Assembly (NCBI GenBank): GCA_004431415.1
Contig: QPMI01000449.1
Span: 124,001 to 188,000 of the forward strand
Direction: 5' to 3'
Origin: Cyanophora paradoxa CCMP329
Taxonomy: Eukaryota > Plantae > Glaucophyta
DNA: 64,000 bases
Shown here: positions 58,654-64,000 of the stretch, piece after piece
Numbering within the stretch: the first letter of the stretch is position 1
Layout of the letters: each line of letters starts with the position of its first letter
Notes under the pieces: model-generated
Databases searched by the model: none
Seen by the model: only the letters and a program-made list of their open reading frames with translations
Told to the model about the DNA's origin: nothing
Position numbers and translations under genes: made by a program

Positions 58654-59741
58654 ATGCAGGCCCGTGCGCCCTTTCCCGCCCCGCCCCGCCCAGCCCCGCC
58701 CCGCCTCGCGTGCGCTATAGCTAGCTAACCCTGTCGCGCGCGCCGCAGAGGGTTCGTAGCCGGAGGGCTCGCAGGCCGCGGCCCGGACACCTCCGCCGCC
58801 GTCGGCGCCGACATCGAGAACGGCCGGCTGGACGAGACCCTCGCCGGCTTCGGCTCCTGGTGCCGCCCCTACTCCTACAAGCTCGGCGGCGTCTGGCAGA
58901 CCTACATCCGCGGCATCGTCCCCAAGGCCCCGCTCTCCCTCGGCGAGAGCCAGCCGGCGCTGGAGGCGATCGCGATCCCCGTCGCCCAGTTCAAGGACCC
59001 GGCGCCCGACGTCGGGCCCTTCCTCGTCAAGCCCCACACCAAGGGCAAGGGCAAGCGCACCCGCAACTCGGCGCCGGCCTTCCTCCCGCCCCAGCCCCCC
59101 GCCACGGCCCCCCAGCAGCGCCCCGGCCAGCAGCGCATCGACGAGATGCTGCCGCGCCAGGTCCGGCCCCGCGTACCCCCCGCCTTCCCTGTACCTCCCT
59201 CCCCCTCGCCCCGTTCCTGATCCAAGGGCAGGGTACCTCCGCCTCCCCCGCGAGCGCCGACGGCCCCAGCCCCGTCCCCGGCCCCGGCGCCGTCCTCTCC
59301 GCGATCCAGGGCTTCGGGGCCCAGCAGGAGGCCGAGCGGCAGGCCCTGGCGGCGCGCCTGGCGCGCGAGGCGGAGGAGCGGCGCCAGGGCCGTCGGGCCC
59401 AGCGCCTCCAGCACACCCTCGCCTTCCGCGCCGAGCTGGAGGCGGGCTTCCGCGCCGGCCAGATCTCCGGCGCGGAGGCCTCGGAGCGCTGGCGGGCGTT
59501 CGAGGCGGAGACGGCGGGGCTGTCGAAGGGCCTCGGCTACAGCTACCGGCGCGTGGCCGTCCCGCAGTCCTACGCGCGGCGGGCGACGCTGGAGGCCTCG
59601 CGCGCGGAGATCGACGCGGCGGAGGACGTGCGGCGGCGACGGAGGCCCACGCCGAGACCTTCCGCCACCTCCACCACTGAGGCCCGAGGCGGTATTTTTT
59701 CTCAACCCTCCTCAAATCGGTCCCGCGATGGCCTTCGCTGA
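58654..59741 (+). CDS. Intron-containing hypothetical protein inside the element
   Basis: Exon ADIENGRLDETLAGFGSWCRPYSYKLGGVWQTYIRGIVP..DEMLPRQ is joined by GT-AG intron 59161-59231 to a coiled-coil exon. A further GTGCGC..GCTAAC..GCAG intron candidate lies at 58664-58748. Start is unresolved. Confidence 0.55.
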
Positions 59742-59919
59742 CAGCTACCCACAGCACTACACCCTTGGAGCCCTCGCCGCGACCCTCACCTGGCTCCTCG
59801 GCGGCACCCCCACCGCCTCGGCCGTCATAGGCGTGGGCTTCGGCTATGCCGCCAAGTCCCTCTACGCCCCCGGCTCCGTCTCGATGGCGACGGCCGGCAT
59901 GCGCCCCGCGGGGCGCTAA
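59728..59919 (+). CDS. Small two-TM protein (63 aa)
   Basis: YTLGALAATLTWLLGG and SAVIGVGFGYAA hydrophobic hairpin; ATG start. Confidence 0.6.
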   Translation: MAFADSYPQHYTLGALAATLTWLLGGTPTASAVIGVGFGYAAKSLYAPGSVSMATAGMRPAGR

Positions 59920-60037
59920 GTTAACTCTCCCTTTTCAAAGTTTTCCCAAGTTCATTCCCCCCTTTCCCTTTTCCAAGTTGCTCAAGTCCGTCGACGTTCC
60001 CTTTTAAATTTTCTTCATTCACGTTACACGTCTAAAC

Positions 60038-60535
60038 ATGCCCAACGCCGTAGAGAAGCTGTTGTGTACGGTGTTCAAATCGGACTCGCGCTGCAGCAAG
60101 ATCGGCGAGGCTGCCAAGGGCGGGGGCGGGGCGAAGGCCGGCGGCGGGGCGGAGGGGCCTAAGATAAGGGGCGCGGACCCGGCGCCGCCGGCGCTAAAGT
60201 CGATTAAGGCTGCGGGCAAGGGCCGCGGCGTCGGGCCCCTGCCCCTCGTGGCGATCGCCCCGGGCCAGCGCGAGGCGGCGCACGCGGCGACGGCGGCGCT
60301 GGCCTCGCAGCAGCAGAGGGAGGGGGCGCCGCGCCTGAGCGCCGGCCTCTGGTCGCAGCCTGCGCCCGCGCGCGAGTACGGCGTCAGCGCTTACTTCGAC
60401 GGCGCGAACGAGCTGAGCCGCCAGGAGATCTGGGCCTGGGAGGCGCGGCGCGCGGTCGACGGGCACCTGCCGTTGCTCGTGGCGCTCGGCGGCTCGCTCC
60501 TCATGGTCTGGTACCTGCGCGGCTTCGCGATTTAG
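60038..60535 (+). CDS. Hypothetical protein with C-terminal TM anchor
   Basis: ATG start; ends LPLLVALGGSLLMVWYLRGFAI. Confidence 0.6.
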   Translation: MPNAVEKLLCTVFKSDSRCSKIGEAAKGGGGAKAGGGAEGPKIRGADPAPPALKSIKAAGKGRGVGPLPLVAIAPGQREAAHAATAALASQQQREGAPRLSAGLWSQPAPAREYGVSAYFDGANELSRQEIWAWEARRAVDGHLPLLVALGGSLLMVWYLRGFAI

Positions 60536-60564
60536 ATAGATTTTCGAAGCGCTAGCTAGTAGAG

Positions 60565-60891
60565 ATGAGCTGGCTCGACGCGCTGCTCACCAAGACCTTT
60601 GGGCCCAAGGGCGCGCCGCGGCTGCAGTTCGGTGAGCTCAACGCCGCGATCGGCGCCACAGTCGAGATGAAGAACCGCGAGAACGTGCTGCGCGGCGACG
60701 GAGGCGCGTGGGCGGACATTGCGGCGGGCGCGCTGGGCTCCGCACTCACCGCACCGGGCAAGGCGGGCCGCGCGCTCACGGACGTGGCCGAGCGCTTCTG
60801 GCACTGGCTCAAGGTTGCCGTGGTCATCGCCGCAGCGGTTGTGGCGGGTCTCCTGGTGCTCGAGGCTCGCGCGCTATTTTCTAAACGCTAG
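60565..60891 (+). CDS. Hypothetical protein with C-terminal TM anchor
   Basis: MSWLDALLTKTFG...WLKVAVVIAAAVVAGLLVLEARALFSKR. Confidence 0.65.
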   Translation: MSWLDALLTKTFGPKGAPRLQFGELNAAIGATVEMKNRENVLRGDGGAWADIAAGALGSALTAPGKAGRALTDVAERFWHWLKVAVVIAAAVVAGLLVLEARALFSKR

Positions 60892-60907
60892 GTAAAGCGA
60901 GCGAACC

Positions 60908-61309
60908 ATGCCCCGCGGCGGCTCTTCCCCCGTGTCTCCTTCGCTGAGAACGAAGTCGCCGCTACCCCCTGGAGCCCGGCGTCAAGCTGGAGCGCGCGAA
61001 CGCAGTCTCCGTCAAGAAGGCCAAGCGCGCGCTGGTTCTAGAAGTCCCCAAGACCGCCTCGCAGTTCCTTCCCACGTCCGAGTACGACGGCACGGAAGAT
61101 ACGGAGAAGGTTGCATTCAACAAGCGCAAGACGTACAAGGCGATACGCGAGGGCCAGCTGCTGCCCACGGACGCGGTTCCCGGGCTGCCGGCACCACGGC
61201 CGGCGAGCTGCTCGTGCGCAACCTGCGCCTGCAGTACGTCTCCCGCCTCCGCCGCTCCAAGGCCAAGAAGGCGCGCCTGGACTCGGGCGATAGCAGCTCT
61301 AGCTCGTAG
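60908..61309 (+). CDS. Basic hypothetical protein, probably frameshifted
   Basis: An alternative frame reads LEPGVKLERANAVSVKKAKRALVLEVPK..FNKRKTYKAIREG; the end is LRRSKAKKARLD. Confidence 0.45.
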   Translation: MPRGGSSPVSPSLRTKSPLPPGARRQAGARERSLRQEGQARAGSRSPQDRLAVPSHVRVRRHGRYGEGCIQQAQDVQGDTRGPAAAHGRGSRAAGTTAGELLVRNLRLQYVSRLRRSKAKKARLDSGDSSSSS

Positions 61310-61324
61310 GGCTCTGTACTCAAT

Positions 61325-61608
61325 ACTACCAGTTCCTGTTCCTATCCCAGAGCACGACTCGGGTAAAGGGCACGGTCATAGCGAACATGAACTCGGCAAA
61401 CTTGGAGAAGTTCATGAGGGTCCCTAGGCGCGGGTCCTCCAGTAGATAGCTTCGCGCAGGGACTCGTAGATGCGCATGAGGGAGCGCTCGTTCTCGGTCG
61501 CGAAGGCGTCGGAGGGCTCGTCGGGATCCGGATCCGAGAGCTCCGAGTACTCGTCCGAGCTGCCAGCGCTCTCGACGCCTGCGGCCGGGTCGGGCGAGGG
61601 TCAGCCAT
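61325..61608 (-). CDS. Small acidic hypothetical protein, disrupted
   Basis: Frames give SDEYSELSDPDPDEPSDAFATENERSLMRIYESLREAIYW then MNFSKFAEFMFAM. Confidence 0.4.
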
Positions 61609-61634
61609 TCTTTGCTGGTAGAAGGGCTAGAAAA

Positions 61635-61975
61635 TCACGGGCGCCGGTACTCCATCGAGTCGCCGCGCCAGTACTTGTTGCCGGAGGCGAGCAGCTTCAT
61701 CGGCTCGCCCGTCGAGTCGTGCGTCCAGGCCTCGCCCGTCCAGACGGCCGTGCCGCCGTCCTCTAGCTTGAGGCGGTGGCCCGCCTCGAGCCGATCGCCG
61801 TTGAGCATGCGGCCGGCCATGAGCGCCAGGTCCCACTCGGTGAGGCCGCGCTGCTCTTCGGGGTGAGGCCGCGCTCGACGCGCTCGGGCTGGCGCGCCTC
61901 GCGCTCCATGCGGCTGAGGCCCACCAGGAAGAAGATCGGCAGCGCAAAGGCCATGAGATCTAGCAGGGCCTCCAT
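61635..61975 (-). CDS. N-terminally anchored small membrane protein, one frameshift
   Basis: MEALLDLMAFALPIFFLVGL..RGLTP joins EEQRGLTEWDLALMAG..WTGEAWTHD across a C run. Confidence 0.5.
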
Positions 61976-62276
61976 TGGGCAAGACTTAGAAAAGGTTCCG
62001 GCCAGGCCCGAGAGCTGCGGGCCCAGGCGCCGGGCGGCGTAGTAGAGCGCGGCGGCCGCGGCGGCCAGGATCAGAAGGCGCGGCGGCCGCGCGCGGCTCC
62101 TCCAGGGTCAAGTCCACGGTCTCTGGCTCGCGGGCCGGCGTCGCCAGGATCTCGGGCTCGGAGCTAAGGGACTTGGGCCCGCGGCGGCGGCGCTGCTTGG
62201 GGCGGAGGCGGCGGCGGCGGCGGAGAGAAGGTCCTCGGGCTCCTGCTTGATACCTGCGCAGTCAGTAAAGTCCATG
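61975..62276 (-). CDS. Small hypothetical protein with C-terminal TM, frameshifted
   Basis: MDFTDCAGIKQEPED.. followed in another frame by RLLILAAAAAALYYAARR. Confidence 0.4.
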
Positions 62277-62337
62277 CTTGCTGGGTACCTCGGAAAATTG
62301 TGGGAGGTGCCCGGCGGCTGCGAACGTAGGATGGGGG

Positions 62338-63765
62338 AGAAGTGACGCGGACGCGAATACGTCATAGTCGAATACGTCATAGTCCAAAACCTGGACTCGG
62401 GACTCGGCCCGGGCCCTGGGAGGGGGTACATGTTATGTCCAAATGTCCAAATGTCCAAATGTCCAAATGTCCAATTGAAAGGTTGCGGAGGTTGCGGACG
62501 CGTCACAAATACGTCATAGTCGAATACGTCATAGTCCAAAACCTGGACTTGGGACCTGGGCCCAGACTCTCGCCAAGTTTCAAATAATAATACTGTACCC
62601 TGTTATCTGCAAGCTTATCTTATCGTTATCGTGTCACCTATCCTATCCCGATCCTATCGCTATCCTTTCGCGATCGCTTGACTACACTATTGCATTCATT
62701 GCTTTTGAATGTAGTTAATGTCATAGCAACTTGAACATGATGTCATGATGATTTCAAGTTAAATACCGGGGTACGGTGTTTTTGTTCAAGTCTCTTTTTT
62801 TACCGGCAGGGCCCGGCCGAGTCCCGAGTCCAGGTTTTGGACTATGACGTATTCGACTATGACGTATTTGTGACGCGTCCGCAACCTCCGCAACCTTTCA
62901 GTTAATTAATTAAGCACTGGGCTAGCGCTAGGCTAGCTAGATATCGATACCAGCTAGCTAGCTCAGCTCTACCCTGCCCAAGTTGATGTATCTAGCAGCG
63001 CCTGCTCCTCTAAGTCTGCACCGCCTCCTCCTAGCGCTAGCGCTAGCTCGATACCGCCTCCAGACTTGATCTCCCTTGGCTTCAGCCACCGAAGGGGCTC
63101 AGGCCACCTCCTCCTGGTGAAGCCGGTATCGTTGCGCTTGTCCAGCTTGAGGTAGCGGTAGGGCGCCGGCGCCGGCCAGTCGGCCTGTGGCTGCTGGCCT
63201 CCTTGGCTATGTCCTTGGCCTACGCGGAAGCAGGTCGGCCTTGGCCTTGGCCTTCTGCAGAGGGCCCAGCGCCTTGAACTTCGGTGCCTTCGTCGCCGGC
63301 AGGGCCTTCGGCTGAGGCTTCGGTGCCTTCTGCGCCTTCGTCTTCGGCTGCGGCTGCGGCTTTAGCTGCTTCGATTTCGGCATACTTCTTGCTCATAAAT
63401 GAGAAAAGCGCTCGAAGTCGGCTTTTATCTCCTCCTTGGTCCAGGATGTCATCTGAGTCGGGTCACCTGAGAACGGCGCATCGAACGCCACGTGGAGCGA
63501 TTTGCAGGCCTGAGCTATCATTGGCTCCGGCCAGGCCAGCTCGATCAGCTGAAGGTAGATACTGAGGGCCTTGTCGAGCTTGCGCCCTGGAGACTAGCTG
63601 GGAGATGGCGGGCTCCATGGTACTGGATTAAGCAGCTAGCCGGGGTTCAGAAATGGCGCCAAGTCCGAGCTTATTTTTTTACCGGCGGGGCCTGGGCCGA
63701 GTCCCGAGTCCAGGTTTTGGACTATGACGTATTCGACTATGACGTATTCGCGTCCGCGTCACTTC
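62338..63765. promoter_or_regulatory. Four ~70-bp modules with tandem GACTATGACGTATT units in mirror symmetry around an AT-rich centre
   Basis: Minus copies at about 62338-62410 and 62475-62555, plus copies at about 62815-62900 and 63695-63765; (ATGTCCAA)5 at about 62435-62474. Confidence 0.75.
63207..63383 (-). CDS. 58-aa Lys/Pro-rich basic peptide, overlapped by a 58-aa acidic ORF at 63220-63396
   Basis: MPKSKQLKPQPQPKTKAQKAPKPQPKALPATKAPKFKALGPLQKAKAKADLLPRRPRT. Confidence 0.35.
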   Translation of the reverse strand: MPKSKQLKPQPQPKTKAQKAPKPQPKALPATKAPKFKALGPLQKAKAKADLLPRRPRT

Positions 63766-63869
63766 CCCCCCTCTTCAGGTGAGCGCTCACCTGACCCTCA
63801 CCTGAACGGCCTCAAAACCGCAGCCGCGCCGCGCCCTCGCTCACACTTCACAGCCAAGAGAAATCAAGA

Positions 63870-64000
63870 ATGTGCGCCCCAAGTACGAGACTGCTGCCTG
63901 ACCTTCGGCATCTTCGAGTACGAGGCCATGGACGAGGATCTCGACGAGAACGGCGAGATCTGCTTCAACTACTGCAGGCTGCTGCGCAACATCTCGCTGG
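63870..64000 (+). CDS. Hypothetical protein, 3'-truncated by the window
   Basis: Protein-like frame LTFGIFEYEAMDEDLDENGEICFNYCRLLRNISL downstream of the last repeat module; the ATG at 63870 is in a different frame. Confidence 0.4.
   Translation, partial: MCAPSTRLLPDLRHLRVRGHGRGSRRERRDLLQLLQAAAQHLA

Larger units (their letters stand above)
51150..64000. mobile_element. Endogenous DNA virus-like element or integrated replicon; left edge uncertain (50.6-51.3 kb), continues beyond the window
   Basis: Compact, mostly intronless ORFs; YqaJ nuclease; UL9-like helicase; small TM proteins; element-specific palindromic and iteron repeats not seen in the host part. Confidence 0.78.

Noticed and set aside
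51150-64000. Assignment to canonical Maverick/Polinton or Helitron
   Set aside because: No protein-primed PolB, rve integrase, capsid, or HUH Rep/PIF1 motifs are visible in the window.

Overview
GC-rich, intron-dense eukaryotic nuclear DNA. The gene style (short introns, many GC-AG donors, lineage-type F-box/LRR genes) resembles a unicellular alga or protist such as a glaucophyte; this is an inference. Positions 1-50.6 kb hold host genes: a 5'-truncated soluble adenylate cyclase (ADCY10-like cyclase-NTPase-TPR), ZMAT5 (U11/U12-20K), several F-box/LRR genes, a VanZ-like membrane protein, a KNS3/At4g16180-family ER protein, a PKD2/TRPP channel fused to two ryanodine-receptor (RyR) repeats, and a GH85 ENGase. 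There is also a 2.5-kb direct duplication carrying an F-box gene and a tRNA-Lys(UUU) that stops at the T-loop, possibly permuted. From about 51 kb to the window end the architecture switches to compact, mostly intronless genes that look like an endogenous DNA virus or replicon. These include a YqaJ exonuclease/recombinase, a UL9-like origin-binding SF2 helicase with a possible primase-like N-terminus, five copies of a 50-bp palindrome with an AT-rich centre flanking that helicase, a paralogous orphan gene pair, a cluster of small membrane proteins, and a mirror-symmetric iteron/promoter array. Many ORFs have single-base shifts in G/C runs, which may be assembly indels. All exon structures and family assignments were read by eye, not by database search.
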